NCBI GenBank assembly: GCA_014905635.1
Contig: JABVCE010000005.1
Span: 930,001-994,000 of the forward strand
Reading direction: 5' to 3'
Source: Scenedesmus sp. PABB004
Lineage: Eukaryota
DNA length: 64,000 nt
Of this stretch, positions 37,489-51,200 are shown piece after piece. Within the stretch, counting starts at the first letter, position 1. Each line of letters begins with the position of its first letter. A model generated the notes under the pieces. It was given only the letters and a program-made list of their open reading frames with translations, made no database searches and was not told the origin of the DNA. Both the position numbers and the translations under genes were made by a program.

Positions 37489-39900
37489 ATGCAGCAGGCG
37501 CGGCGGCTGCTGCTGGGTCGCAAGGCCGGCGTGGCGGCCGGCGCCAAGGAGCCGGCGCCGGACGACACGGCGCCCGCGCCCGATGTGCCGGGCCCGCCGG
37601 AGCGCGAGGCGGCCTCCCTGGACGGTGGCAGCGAGTGCGGGGGCGATCCCATGCCTTTCTGCGACCCCACGCCCGGTCTGGGGGCCGTCGACGCCGCGGA
37701 CAGCGCGGCCAGCGCGGTGAGGAGCTGGGGCAGCAATGCGCGCGCCCACCGGCGTCCGCCGGGCCCCGGGGCGCCCCGGGAGCCGCTCCCCGGGCCGTCA
37801 CACGACGCCCGCGCCGCCCTGTCGCCCCGCACCGCGCCGCCGCAGGCGCCGCCGCAGGCGCCGCCGGAGGCAGCGGCGCCCGCCGGCGACAGCGACAGCG
37901 CCGCCGCCGCCGGCGCGGGCGCGGGCGCGTGGGCGGGCGCGCGCAGCCTGCCGCTGGAGGCGGTGCCGCCGCGCGTCGTGGCGCTGCACACGCCCACGAG
38001 TGCGACGCTGGAGTTTTGGGAGTCGCACCAGGACGACCGCGTGCTCTTCAACGTCGGCCTGCTCTCCCCCGACGCGGAGCTGGGGCACCCGGTGCCCATC
38101 AACGCGCTCGACCTCGCCGCCAACAGCGAGTGGTTCCGCGCGCTCGTGAAGCACCTGCCCGTGCTCTCGGGCACCGACCTCGGCGCCGTCGTCGTGCCGT
38201 GCCCCGTGCCGCGCACCGTGCTCGACGCGGGCATCGTGCGCGCGATCTACGGCTCGCGCGTCGCGCTCGACCCGGGCAACGTGGAGGCCATCTACCGCGC
38301 GGCAGACGCGATGCAGGTGCGCGCGACCGAGCTGCGAGCTGTGGGCGGGGCGCGCCGCGCCCCCGCCGCCGCCGCGCGCCGCGCCGCGCCCCCGCCGCCG
38401 CCGCGCGCCGCGCCGCGCCGCCCTCGCGCCGCTGCGTTCGCCGCCGCGCGCCGCGCCGCCCACGCGCCGCCCACGCGCCGCCCACGCCCCCCCCCCCCCC
38501 CCCCCAGATCCAGAGCATCGTCGACGCGGCCGAGGCGTACCTCTTTGACGCGGCGACGTCGCCCCAGGCCGACCGGTCGGTCGCGCTGTCCGTCTTTGAC
38601 CTCGCCGCCGACCTGCACCGCACCGCCCTCGCGGAGCGCCTCGCCGTGTGGTTTGCCGCGGCCGCGCAGCGCGACGTCGGCGGCGCGGCGCCCGCGCTGC
38701 GGCACATGCTCGCGTCGGGCGTGCTCGCGTCGAGCGGGGCCGACGCGCTGCGCGTGCTGCGCGCGGGGCTGTCGGCCGCGTGGCAGGGGCAGGGCCCCGA
38801 GGTGCTGCTGATGCACGTGCTGCTGGAGGTGTATGACGTCATCCCCCCCGAGCACTACGACGAGCTGCTCTCCGGCATCGCCTGGGAGCTGCTGCAGGCG
38901 GAGGAGGTGCTCGTGCTGGTGCACTGGTGCCTGCAGCTCCCGCGGCGCCACGCGTTCACGCACGGCCTGCAGGCGCGCGTGCTCGAGCGCGTCGCGGCGC
39001 AGATCAGCGGTGAGCCGCCGGCCGGCGTGGCGCAGCGGAGTGTGTGCGGCGCGGCGCAGCGCGTGGCGCGCGGCGCGCGGCGCGCGGCGCGCGGGCGCGG
39101 CCGCTGCACGGCCAGGCGTGACCGCCGACGTCGGGCGCGACCGCCGTGCCGCCGCGCCGCGCGCGCAGGCCGGCACGAGCGGCGGTACCTGACCTGGAAG
39201 CTCGAGGTGGGGCAGCTCCCGGGCAACGGGCAGCGCGTGGCGTCGAGCCAGAGCCTGCGGCTGCGCCACCGGCGCTTCTACCTGGTCGCGGAGCACATCG
39301 GCAGCGCGGGTGCGCCCGGAGCGCCGCGCGCGCACGCACGCGGCGGTGGCGGCAGCGGCGGCAGCAGCGGCGGCAGCTGCGGCGGCAGCGGCAGCTGCGG
39401 CGGCCCAGGCAGCTGCGGCGACGGCGGCGTGGCCGCCCGGCTGACACCCCCCCCCCCCCCCTCACCCAACACCCACACGCAACTCACCCACAGACTGGGG
39501 CCTCTTCCTCTGCCCCGCCCCCGACGTGAGCCTCGCGAGCCGCGTGAGCGCGCACACGCTGTTTGTGCTCGGCCGCGACCTCGGGCGCCGCGTGGGCTTC
39601 AAGGACTGCCTCGTGCCTGACGACACGCGCATCGGTGCGCCGGGCGCCCCGCCCCGCCCGCGCGGCGCCCGCCGCGCCCGCGCCACGCGCAGCCCCCGTG
39701 CGCGCGCCCACGCCCCCTGCCGCCGCCGCCGCCGCCGCGACCATCACGCGCCAGGCGTCGGCTTTGGCGACAAGACCGCGCTGAGCGAGTGGATGGCGGC
39801 CGGCTTTGTGCAGACGCTCGGCGACGGCTCGAAGCACATGGTGCTCGGCACGATCGTCACCGCCATACCCAGCAGCCGCATCAACTACGGCCTCGGCTGA
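37489..39900 (+). CDS. BTB/POZ (plus BACK-like) protein with a C-terminal MATH/TRAF-like domain
   Basis: [18 protein letters not shown]...[40 protein letters not shown] (BTB), then YLTWKLEV...[16 protein letters not shown]...WGLFL...GVGFG (MATH-like); four GT-AG introns; TGTAA at 40548. Confidence 0.65.
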
Positions 39901-40931
39901 CGCGGCCCGCCCGCCCCCGGGCGCGGCGCCGCGGCCCGGCGTCGCCGCCGCCGCCTGTAGTTGTACCGCTGCTGCCGCCCCCGCTTCTTTTTGTGGTCCC
40001 TCGAGGCGCCTCTGGCCGCGCGCCGCGCGATTGCCTGCAAACGGCAACGCCGCGCGCCGGCCCGCCGCCGCCGGCCCTGGGCTGGCGCGCAGCCGCCGCC
40101 GCACGGCGCACGCCGTGCGGCGCTGGCGCCTGCTTAGCTGCGCGCGCCCTTGCACTCTGTTTGTGCCTGCGATGGTGGAGTGAGCGAGCGTCCGAGGGGC
40201 CGTCCGTCTCTTGCGCGGCGGGGCGCGCCTGCCTGCCCCGCCGCCGGCGCACGCACGCGCGCGCGCGCGCGCGCCGTTGCGGCTTGTTGTACCTATGCCC
40301 TCCCATCCCCTGAAAAATGGCCCGCTGCTGTGCGCTGTGACCGCGTGTGTTGGCGTGTGAACGGCCGCCGCCCGCGCGCAAACGCCTGTGGCCGCGCGGG
40401 CGGCGCGTGCTGTCCTGGTGTGGGGAGCCGCTGGGCTGCCCCGGCTGACCGACCGACCGACCGCGGCCGCCGTCCACTCGTGGCGCGCGACGCGCGCTCT
40501 CGCAGGATGCGCGGCCGCTGTGTTAACATGGCCGCCGTTGACCTGGGTGTAACAGATCAGACAGATCAGAGCTGATCACACCAGCGCGCTCAGCAGCAGC
40601 AGGGGCAGTTCGAGCGCGCGCCCGCAGAGCCGAGGGTGCGGTGCGGTGCCGTGCGTCGCAGCACGTGCGCCGGCGGCGGCGGCTGCATGCAGCCTGTTGT
40701 TCGACAGGGTGGGGGCCGCGACGCCATGCACATGCGCAGGGCGAGGCCGCCGCGTTCGCGCAGAGCAGAGGGCGGTGCGCGCGGCGGCGCGGTGCACGTG
40801 CTGCGTGGGGCGCGATGATGATGATCAATCAAACGCAACAACAAGCTTGGAGCGCGACCGCTGCCTGGAATGGGTTTGCAGTTCGCAGTGCAGCGCGGCC
40901 GGCCAGCGACGCGCGCGCGCGGGCCCGTTGC

Positions 40932-41720
40932 TCAGGCGCCGACCGCCGCAAACACGGCGCCGAAGCGTCCGCAGCAGCAATAGTCCAGGCCCTCTTCGTC
41001 GCTGCCCTTGGTGCTCGCCCACTCGCTCGGCCGCACCAGGCCGGGGTCGGCCGCCGCGGCCTCAAAGTCGTGGCGGCCGAGCGACGATGCGTGCGTGCTG
41101 AGGCTCGCGGAGGGCTCCGGGCCCAGCGACGCGGCCTCGGCGGTGCTGCTCGCCTCAGGGAGGCCGGAGATCCAGCTCGCGATGCGGCTGATCGGCTCGC
41201 CGCCCTCCACGTCGAGCGCGGCGTGCCCGTGCGGAGCGGCCGCGGCGGCGGCGGCCGCCTCCTCCGCCTCGGCATGCGCCGCGAGCGCCTCGCGCGAGAC
41301 CTCGGCCAGGCAGCAGGGGCAGGGCGGCGCCGCCGCGCCCGGCGGCGGCGGCGCCGCGCCGGCGGCGGCGACGGCACTGCACGGCGAGGCGGCGCCGGCG
41401 GGCTTCATCCGGTCCCCGCTGCCGCACCCGCACGCCGGCACGCGCAGCACAACGGCCGCCTTGCCGCCGCCGGCGACCAGGGCGTCCACCACCTCGACGT
41501 CCAGGCCCTCCAGCGACTGCTCCGACCCGGGGCGGCGCCGCAGCCGCAGCAGCAGGCGGCGCAGCACGCGTGGGCTGCGGCGGCGCGCGCGGTGGCGCGT
41601 GGGTGAAGCGCGGGCCGCCAGTGTCACGCTGCACCGGCGAGCGGGACGCTTCACCGCGCCGCCGGCGCGGGAGCGGGCGCGGCGCGGCACGTCGCTACTG
41701 CTGCCCGGCGCGCACCTCAT
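40932..41720 (-). CDS. Protein of unknown function (~215 aa, one intron) with a C-terminal CCC motif
   Basis: ATGAG|GTGCG...GCAG|CCCACG gives MSPRVLRRLLL...SRIASWISGLP...LDYCCCGRFGAVFAAVGA*; coding-like GC3. Confidence 0.55.
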   Translation of the reverse strand: MRCAPGSSSDVPRRARSRAGGAVKRPARRCSVTLAARASPTRHRARRRSPRVLRRLLLRLRRRPGSEQSLEGLDVEVVDALVAGGGKAAVVLRVPACGCGSGDRMKPAGAASPCSAVAAAGAAPPPPGAAAPPCPCCLAEVSREALAAHAEAEEAAAAAAAAPHGHAALDVEGGEPISRIASWISGLPEASSTAEAASLGPEPSASLSTHASSLGRHDFEAAAADPGLVRPSEWASTKGSDEEGLDYCCCGRFGAVFAAVGA

Positions 41721-42898
41721 CGTGGCCCGGTCCTCCTCGTTCAGGGCACAGGACGCATCAGAGGGTCAACTCCGAGACGTTGGAAGCGCTGCGGGACTGC
41801 GGGCGCGGCCGCGCGCGAAGCTTTATGCGGCCTGACTCGCGCGTTGGCCGCGGGGTTGGCGCCCTCCGCACCTCGCGCGCGCAGCCCGCCACCAGCTCGC
41901 GTCTGCGGCAGGGAGCAGCTGGAGGAGCACTGCGAGCCGCAGGGAGCGCGCGGCGCGGGCCGCGCTGCCAGCGGCTGGTGCGCCGCCGCCGGACCGCCGG
42001 GTCGAGTCCGGGGGCGCGGTTACGCCCGCCGCTCGGCCAAGAGAAGGGGAAGAACATGGGCAGTCCCACAGGCGGCCGCCGCCAGCAGTTCGTTGGCTGC
42101 CCGGGCAGCCCAGTACCCGCGCGCGCGTGAGCGCGCGCGCCGGCGGCACCGAGCAGCAGTCATCATCGCCATCAGCTAGCTAGCTAGACAGTACAGCACC
42201 ACGACAAGCCTCCATCCATCTTGGAAAACGGCTTGGGTGACAAGGCGGGCGGGCGCGGCTGCAAAAGCAGAGCCGCCGCGGCGCGGGCCGGCGCGCGGCG
42301 CCCCTCGCAGCGGGCGGCTGCTGGGGGCGCGCGACGGCTCGCGCCCACGCGCGCGGCGGCACGCATCCTGCGCACACACGGAACGGCGCCCCGCGACCCC
42401 ACGCCGCCGGCGCGGCGCGGCGCGCCGTGCCACACGCGCGGGGGCCCAAGGGCGCCGGGGAGATGGGCCAGAATGGTGGGTGGGCAGATGGCGGAGCGCT
42501 TGTACAGGCCTGTACGCGTGCGTGCGTGCGTGCGTGCGCCGTCCTCTCTCCGTCGTGGGGGTGCTTAGCTAGCTAGCGTGCGTGCCATGCGCACACACGG
42601 CCGCCGCCCGCGCGGCGCGCCCAGGAGACGGCCTCGGCCGTGCCGGGCGGCCCAGCAGCCCCAGCGCAGCGCACCGCCCTGAGCGCCCCGGCGGCGCTCA
42701 GGCCGCCACGCGGCCGCGGCAGCGCGTCTCGCAGCGCCAGCGCGCGGGCCGCGCGGCGGAGGCGGCGGCGGCGCGGGGCCGGGCCAGCGCCTCGCGCGGC
42801 CTCCGGCCCCGAGCAAGACCCGAGTAAGAACGCCCCCCTCCCTCGCAGCAGTGCGTCGCCCCCCGAGCCCCACGCGGCGCGGCGCGGCGCACGCGCGC

Positions 42899-45145
42899 TC
42901 AGCACTCGGCCTCCGGCAGCGCGGGCACCTCGACCTTGGCGACCTCGCCAAACTTGGTGCTGCAGTGCTTCTTGTACACCGCCCGCAGGCTGCTCTCGGG
43001 CGCCTTGCGCATCAGCGCCACGACGTGCCTGGCCGCGGCGCGGCGCAGCGGCGGCGGGGCGGTCAGCGCGGCGCGGGCGGCCCGCCGCAGCGCGGCGGCT
43101 GGCTGCACCCAAGCCCCCTCCCTGCCTCCCTCCCTCCCTGCCAGCCTCGCCTCCCGGCCGCCGCGCCCGCTGCCCCGGCCGGCCGGCGGCCGGCGCCGCA
43201 CGCACCGCGCGGCGGGGAGGACGTCGTCGAGCTCGTAGCGCGCGTGGCGCGCGAGCGCGTGCGGGTAGGTGTTGGCGCGGCCGAGCGCGGTCAGGGCGAC
43301 GTGCAGCACCGCCGCCGACACGAGGCTCAGCGCGTGGCGGTGCGTCGTCACGTCCACCAGGCACAGCTCGCTCAGGTACTCGCACATCTGGTTCACCTGC
43401 GGGTGTGGCCCCGGGGTGAGGGCACGGCCGCGTCAGTCGGCCGACCAACCGCGCAGGCCGCCACCGCGCAGGCGCTAGCCGCGCGCCCCCCGCCGGCCCA
43501 GCCCCCGCCCAGGCGCAGGCGCAGCCGCAGGCGCAGGGCCCCGCCCCGCCGCGCGCCGCGCCTTGAGGTCGTCCTGCACGCCCGCGGCCTTCCTGAAGCG
43601 CGCGGTGAAGAGGTACGCGGTCGGCACGGTGAGGTCGTACTGCAGCGTCGCGAGCATGGTCTTCTCCATGCCAAGAATGTCCTCACTGCAGCGAGGGGGA
43701 CGAGAGGAGGCAGAGAGGCAGGCAGAGAGCGGCGGACGGGCGGGGGGGCGGGCGGGCTCGGGGACGGCCCGGCGGACGGGGGCAGCCGTGCGCCGCCGCG
43801 CGCGCGCTGTGTGCTGCGCCTGCGCGCCGGCGCGCGCACCGGGTGTAGGCCTTGTCGCTGATGTAGACAAAGTCGTTCACCTCGGGCGCCCAGATCTCCT
43901 CGTACTTGCTCGCAATCAGCATCGCCGTCACGCCGACCTGCGGCGCGCGCGCGGGCCGGGCCGGAGACGGACCGGAGGCGGACCCGCGGCGGCGGGCTCA
44001 GCGCGCGGCGCGGCGGCAAGGCGGCGCAGGTGGACGCGCGCGCGCACACGCGCTGGGCCCCGGGGCCGCGCGCGGCCGCGGCACGCGGCGCGCGGCCGCC
44101 GCGCACCAGCTGCAGGCGCTTGCGCGTGACGCTGGTGGTGGAGAGGTAGCGGTCGATGATGTTGCAGGTCAGGTAGAGCGTCTCCGGCATCAGCTGGCGG
44201 CGGCGCCGCCGCGCCAGAGAGAGTGGCGGCGTCAGCCGGGCTCCGCCGCGGCGGCGTCAGCCGCGGGCCGGGCCAGCGCCAGGCTGGCGGTGCGCCAGGC
44301 TGGCCCCAGCCGCCGCCGCCGTCACTGCCGCGGCCCGGCCGCACCTTGAACTTGAGGTGCACCTCGACCAGCCAGTCGACCAGGATGCCGCGCATGCGGT
44401 CGTTGACCTCGGCCTGCGAGGCCATGTAGTCGTGCGCGACCGCAAAGCGCGGCTCGACGCGGCGGTAGTAGTTGTAGATGCTGTGCGCGTACTCGCTCGC
44501 CGCGAGCGGGTTGTGCGCGTCGCGCGAGTCGATGTCGGGCAGCGGGCTCGGCGGAGGCGCGCCGCCGGCGGGGCGCGGCGCGGCGCTCTCCGCGCGCGTC
44601 TGCAGCAGGCTGCTCAGGCTCACGCCCGCGGGGCGGCTGGGCGCGACCTTGGAGCGCAGCGCGGCCGCGGTGGCGTTGGGGTCGCGCGGGCGCAGGCTGG
44701 TCTGGGGCTTGGCCGGGGGGCCCGCCTGCGCCGGGGGAGGGCGAGGGAGGGCAGGCACAGCAGCGGTCGGCGCCGAGGGGCGCGGCGGCCGTCGGGGCGG
44801 CACCGCCGCGCTGGCGCGCTTGGGGGCCCGCCCCACGCCCGCTGCCGGCGGGGTGGCCCGAAATGCGCGGTGCACGGGGCGCCCGGGGGCGCGTTTGACT
44901 GCCGCACCTTGTCCTTGGCCGCCTGCGCGCGCGTGGTGACGCCCTGGATGTTGCCGATGTCGCCAAACGCCCTGCGCACGCGTACTGCGCGTCAACGGCC
45001 GCCCCCGCGGCGCCGCAGCGCGCTGCGCGGCGCTGGGCGGGCACCTGCGCTTGGCGGCATCCGGGGCGGCCGCCTCCGGCTTGCCGGGCTTGGCTTTGGG
45101 AGCATTCTCCTCGCCCGTGCGCACGGGGGCCCTGAGGGTTGCCAT
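42899..45145 (-). CDS. CYCB1: B-type mitotic cyclin
   Basis: D-box RRAFGDIGN; cyclin box [77 protein letters not shown]. Confidence 0.93.
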
Positions 45146-45363
45146 GGCTCTCGCTGCGAGCGCCGGGCTGGCCGGGGCGCGGCGCGGCGGGGCAGCAGCT
45201 GTCGCGGCCTGTTTCGACGGCGGCGCGCGTGCGCGGGGCCGGACGAGGTGCGGGCGCGGTCCGAGAGGGTGGAGAACGCTTCTACGCAGCGACTGGGGCG
45301 GCTGCTGGGGGTGGCTGAGCGCTATTCGCGTCGGCGCGGGGTTTCACCCGCGCCGGGCGCTTG

Positions 45364-45372
45364 TGACCGTTG
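45364..45372 (-). promoter_or_regulatory. MSA-like element (CAACGGTCA) upstream of cyclin B
   Basis: tgaccgttg on the + strand ~220 bp upstream of the ATG, with further AACGG cores at ~45484-45542. MSA/MYB3R elements drive G2/M genes in plants. Confidence 0.4.
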
Positions 45373-45833
45373 CGCGCGAATCGAATTCGGCGCCCCAGCC
45401 CGCCGCGCCGCGCGACAAGGCGACGCTGAGACAGCTTTGCAAAGCGGCGATCCGCCGGCGCGCCCGCGGCGGCCCTGCCCGGAAACGGGGGCAGCAGCAT
45501 GCACGGCTGGCAGCAGCAGCCCTCGAACGGCGGCCTGAACGGGCGCAGGTCGCTTGCGGGAGTGCATTGTGGGCTGTCGAAGGCTCTACAGCCCGTCGGC
45601 GCGGCCTGCCGCCGCGGCGGCGGCGGCGGCGCAGCGCAGCGCGTGCTGCGGGCGTCGGCGCCGCGGCCGCCGCTGCAGCGCAGGGCTGCGGTTTTCCCGA
45701 CGCGCCCGCAGGCAGCTGCGGCAGATGGCCATGACTGGGCGCCGCGTCGACGGCGGCGGTGATCGACCGGGCGGCAGCGCGGTTGCACCCGCCGCCGCCA
45801 GCAACTGCGCTGTGCGCCGCGCCAGGCCGAGCC

Positions 45834-48169
45834 TCAGCCGTCGCCGCCGCCCCGGCGCCCTCCTCCCCGGCGCCCTCCTCGCCCTCCTCGTCCTCCTGGG
45901 TCTGCACGAGGCGCAGGAAGGCCAGGTCGGGCGCGGCAGACCCCATGTCGGCGTCCTCGTCGTCCTCCGCCGGCTCAGCCGCCGCCGCCGCTGCCGCCGC
46001 CGCCGCCGCTGCCGCCGCCGCCGCCGCGGCGCCGCGGCCACGCCCCCGTCCGCCGCGCCCGCCGCGCCCGCCGCGCCCGCCGCGCCGCCCCGCGGCCGCG
46101 CCGCCCCGCCCGCCGCGCCGCGCGCGGCCGCGGGCCCTGCCGCCGCCCGGGGCCGGCCCGCCGCCGCCGCCCGGGGGCTCGCCGTCGCCGTCGCCATCCG
46201 CGCCGTCGCCCGGCTCGCCGGCGCCGCCGCCGAGGGGCGGCAGGTGGGCCACGTCGGCGTAGAAGAGCTCCGGGTGGGCCTCGACGCCGGTGATGGCCGC
46301 GACGGCAGCCTGCAGGCGCCGCGAGCGGATGCGCGCGAAGCGCGTCTTGCTGGCGAGGAACTCGTCGATGCGGCGCTGCGCGCTGCGGGCCGTGTACGAC
46401 GACAGCACCGGGCCCAGCAGGTCGTCCGCCTTGGCGCCGTCCCAGCCAAAGCGCTCTCTGGGCGCGGCGGGCAGGCGGCGGTCAGCGGGCGGCGCCCCGC
46501 GCCGCGGGCGCCGCACTGCAAATTCAAACAACCCCAGCGCCGCCCGCTCACGTGCAAAACGCGCGTAGCGCGGCCGCGTCGGGCCGGCCGAAGCTGAAGG
46601 CCGCGGCGTTGCGGTCCACGAGCGGCTGCAGGTAGGCCTGCGCGACGCGCGCGCTGGGGAAGCTGCCCGGCAGGCTCCAGCTGCGCCGCGCGCCGCGGTG
46701 CGTGGCCTTGAAGCGCGCCTGCGCCCGCGTGTCGCCGCCCGCTTCGCCCTCCTCGCCCTCCTCGCCGCCGGCGGGGCCCGCGCTGCCCGCCGTCGGCACG
46801 CTCGTCCCCGCTGCCGCCGGCCCCGCTGCCGCCATCGGCGTCGCCGTCGCCGCCGCTGTCCTCGCTGCCGCTCTCATCCTGCGCTGCGCTCCTGCCCCGC
46901 TTCCTGCCGCGGCCGCGGCCCCTGCCGCGGCCCCTGCTGCGGCCACGCGCCCTGCTGCCGCTGCCACTGCCCCCTGCTGCCGCGCCCTCGCCCTCTGCTC
47001 CTCCCTCGCCGTCGCCGCCGCCGCCGCCGTCGCCGCCGTCTGCTGCTCCCTCGCCGCCGTCGCCGCGCGCCGCGCCGCCGCGCCCGCGGCCGCGCGCGCA
47101 CGCCCACGCCCCCGGCCGCGGCCGCGGCCGCCGCCCACGCGCGCCGCCGCGGCGAGCAGGCGCTCGTCGGGGCCCTCCAGCCACGACCTGAACGCGGCGA
47201 GGCCGTCGAGGCCGCCGGGCCAGGCGGAGACCACCTCGAGCGCGTTGACCACGCCGATGCCGGCCACGCCCTCGGTGTAGTCGCTGCCCAGCAGCAGCGC
47301 TAGGCACACCTGCGGCGCCAGTGCCCGCGGCGGCGCCCGCTTCGCCGCCGCGTGCCTGCGCGGCGCGCGCCTGCCGCTGCTGCTCGCGCACGCGCCGCCT
47401 GACCGCCCGCGCGCGCCGCACGCCCCGCGCGCGCCGCACCAGCTTGTCCCGTCGACGCCCAGCTCGCCGGTGATGTCACTCATGTGGTACTCCTCAACGT
47501 ACCTGCAGCGCCGTGCGGCCAGGGCGGCGCGGCAGGCGGTGTGCGCGGGCGCGGCGTGGCGCGCGGGGCGCGGCGCAGCCGCCGCCGGGCGGCGCCTGCC
47601 CCGCCCTCCCCCCCTGCCGCGCGCGCGCGCGGGCCCCGGTGCCGCGTCGCGCGCCGCGCGCGCTGTGCTGCGTGCGCTGTGCGGCGCTGTGCGTGCTGCG
47701 ATGGGACTGCTGCTCGCCTCACCGCTTGTCCTCAAAGAGGTGCCGGTACACGTGGCGCCCGCCAAAGAGGAAGGCGTCGTTGTCGTCCGTCACGACGCCC
47801 TCGACCAGCCCCGCCTCCTCGAGCGCCGCGCACTGCGCCTCCGCCTCCGCCGGCGCGGTGACGTAGGGCAGGCCGAAGAGGGCCAGCAGCTCCTGGCACT
47901 CCGCGACCATGTCCTGCGCGGCAGGGCGCAGCGGCGCGGCGCGGCGCGGCGCGGCAAAGGCGCGGCAAGGCTCGGTCGTGGCTCGGGCGCCGCGGCGCGG
48001 CACGGGCGGCGGCGGCGGGGCGCGCGGGGGTCGGCGGCGCATCGGCGGCGCGCGCACCGCGGTGGGCGTGGAGGTGTTGCGCTGCGCGACGGCCATGTGC
48101 GACCGCAGCGCGCGCGCCCTCCTCTGCGAGCGCGGCGAGCTCCGACTCCAGGTCGAGCGGCGCGGCGGT

Positions 48170-48204
<35 letters not shown>

Positions 48205-51200
48205 GCGCGGCGCCGGCACCACGCGCGCTGCTCGCTGCGCGGGCGCCGGCGGCGCGCCGTCGACGTCCATCGGCTGCTGCTGCCCCGCCTGCGCCTCGCT
48301 CAGCCGGCCCGGCTGGAAGGCCCTGAGCGGCGAGGAGCTGCGCTGCGCCGCCTGCACCTGCCTGAAACCGGGCAGCGCGATGCGCGGCCGCGCGCCGCCC
48401 GCCGCCGCCGCGGGGCTGCCGGGGCTGGGCGGCGGCTGCTGCGACGGCTGCGGAGGCAGCGCCTCCTGCGGCGACTGCTGCGGCGGCCGCTGCGCCTGCT
48501 GCTCCTGCTCCTCCGCCGCCTGCGGTGGCTCCGCCGCCTGCTCGGGCGTGGCGGCCGGCGGCTGCGCCTGCTGACGCTCCGGGGCGCCGTCGCGCGCCGG
48601 CAGCGGCGCGAAGCGCACGCGCGGCTTGGGCCGGCGCGCCTGGCTGCCGGGCGCCGGCGGCGTGGTGCGGCGCAGCAGCGGCTCCTCGGCGGCAAAGCTG
48701 AAGTCAGCGAGCTCGCCACCCGCGGCTGCCGCGGCGGCGGCGCCGCTGCTGCGGGCGCCCCCAGCCGCTGCTCGCCCTCCACCGGCTCCGCCAGACGCTG
48801 CCGCCGCGCCTCGCGCGCCTCGTCCCGCTCCGCCGCGGCGGCGGCGCCGCCGCCGCCCGGCCAGCTGCGAGGTCGCGCTGCAGCGCGGCCACGGCCCGCC
48901 GGGTCGCGCGGCGCCACCGCGGGGTGTGGCGTCGAGCACGGCGCTGCTGCTGGCGTTGATGCGCGCCGCCAGGCCGCCGACGCCCCCGCCGGCCTCCAGC
49001 GGCACCGGGGCGCGGCTGGCGGCGGTGCAGCGGCTGGCGGCGGTGTGGCGGAGCCGGCGCCGTAGGGGACGCCGCCTCCACCTCCCCACTCCTCGAGGTC
49101 GGGCGCGGCGTCGCCGGCGCCGGCGCCTGCCGGCGTGGCTGAGGGCGCGCCGCCCGGCGCCGCGCCCGCTGGCCGCCGCCGCCCGGGCGGCAGCGGCCGA
49201 GGCCGCCTCCGCCAGGCTCCGCTCAATCGCCTCCTGGACGTCAGAGTCGCACTCGCCGTCGGAGCCGTCGCCGCCGCCGCCGCCACCGGGCCTCGCCGCC
49301 GCCGCCCGGCGCGCCGCCTGCAGCTGTAGGCGCGCGGAGGGCTTGAGCGGCGAGCGCTGCAGCTCGCCCGCGACCGCCGCCGCGACCACGGGCGGCGCCT
49401 GGCTGGCGGGCGCGTCGGCGCTCGCGTCGGCGGCCGCCCAGTCGCCCAGCTTGCGGCCCAGCCGGAAGCCGTGCGACGTGCTCCAGAAGCGCTGGCGCTC
49501 CGCCATGCGCCGCCGCCACGCCGGCGCCCCCGCCGCCGCCGCCTGGCTGCCCGCCGGGCCGGGCGCGTCGTCGCCGGCGCCGCTGCTGGTGGTGCCGCCG
49601 CCCTCGCCGCCGCTGCCGCTGCCGCTGCTGCGCCGCCGCCGCCGGCCGGCGGCGGCCGCGGCGGCCGGCTGCGCTGTCCCTGCTGCGCCGAGGTCCTGGT
49701 CGATCAGCACCACGGCCTTGGCGTCCTCAGACAGCGACGACAGCAGCTGCGGCAGGAAGGCTGGCTGCTGCTGCGGCTGCGGGTGCGCCTGCTCGCCCGG
49801 TGCCTGCTCGTGCTGCAGCGGCGGCCGGCTGGGCGCCGGCTCCACGTCCTCCCAGTCCTCCTCCTCCTCCTCGGCGCCCTCCGCGGCAGCCGGCGGCGCG
49901 CCCGCGCCGCCCTCGTCCTCCTCGCTGCTGCTGCCCAGCAGGCCGCCGAACAGCGTGTCGTCGTCCGGCGCCGCGCCCGCTGGCGCCGCGCCGCCGCTGC
50001 GCCGCCCAGCTCGAGCGCGATGGGCAGCTGGGCGCGCGGCGCGCTCGCCGGCGCGGGCGCCGGCGGCAGGGCGGCACGCGGCGCGGCCGCCCCGCCGGGG
50101 CGGCCCCGCCCGCCACGACCGCGCCGGCCGCAGCCTTGGCGGCCGCCGCGCGCGCCGCGAGCGCAGCCGCGGCCGCCGCGCGCCCCGCCTCCGCGCTGAG
50201 CTGAGCGGGGTCGACGCGCGGCGGCTCGGCCGCCGCCGCGCCGGGCTCGGCCTTGACCGCCGCGCCGCCCGCCGCTGCCCCGGCGCGCCCGCCGGCGGCA
50301 CGGCCCGCGACCGGCTCGCTCGGGCGGGCCCCGCGCCGGGCTCGTCCTTGACGTGCGGGCCGCTGCCGGCCTCGCCGCCGGCCTCGTCGTCCTGCTGCGC
50401 GCCGCCGGGGCCCGGCGCGGACCAGGCCCTGAGCACGCTGGTGAAGGCGGCGAGGCCCTTCACGCCCTCGAGGCCCCGCGCGGCAGCTGCCCCGGCTCAA
50501 AGCCGCCGCCGCCGCCGCGCGGCGCGCGCGCGGTCGGCCTCTGCAAGCGAGTCCAGCAGCCGGTCAAGCTTGCGCGTGCGCCGCCTGCCGCCGGCCGGGC
50601 GCGCGCGCGGCGAGCCGCGGCCGCCGGCGGGCGGGCTCGCGCCCGGCGCGCCCTCCGCCGCCGCGCCGCCGGGCTGCTGCTGTCGCGCAAAGATGAACTC
50701 CCGCGTGTGCTCCGACGCCATGTGCCGGCCCTGCGGCGCACCAGCGGCGCGGAGCGTGAGCGCGTGCGCCGCGCCCCGGGCCGCCGCGCGGCCGCCGCGC
50801 GCCGCCGCCGGCGCGGCGCCTGCCGCCTGCCGCGCCGCGCCTGCAGCGCCTCGCCCGCGTCCTGCGGCCCGCCGCCGCCGCCGCCGAGGGCCTTCTTGTG
50901 GCGCTCGATGGTCTGCCTGAAGCGCGAGGCGGTGAGGTACGTCTCCATCTGATGTGATTGGACGCGCCCGCGGCAGACAGGGAGGGAGCGCGGCGCGGGG
51001 CACACAGGGGACGTGGGCGGCGGGCGGGGCAGCGGGGCGGGGCGGCGGGGCGGCGGGCCAGCCCCCGCGGGCGCACCTGGACCTGGCTGAAGCTGCCGGG
51101 CGCCGACGCGCGGCCGCCAGGAACTTGTCGCGGTTGGCTGGCGGCGCGCGGCGGCCGCGGCGGCGTCGGCGCGCGCCCGCAGGTGCGCGCGCCTGCAGCG

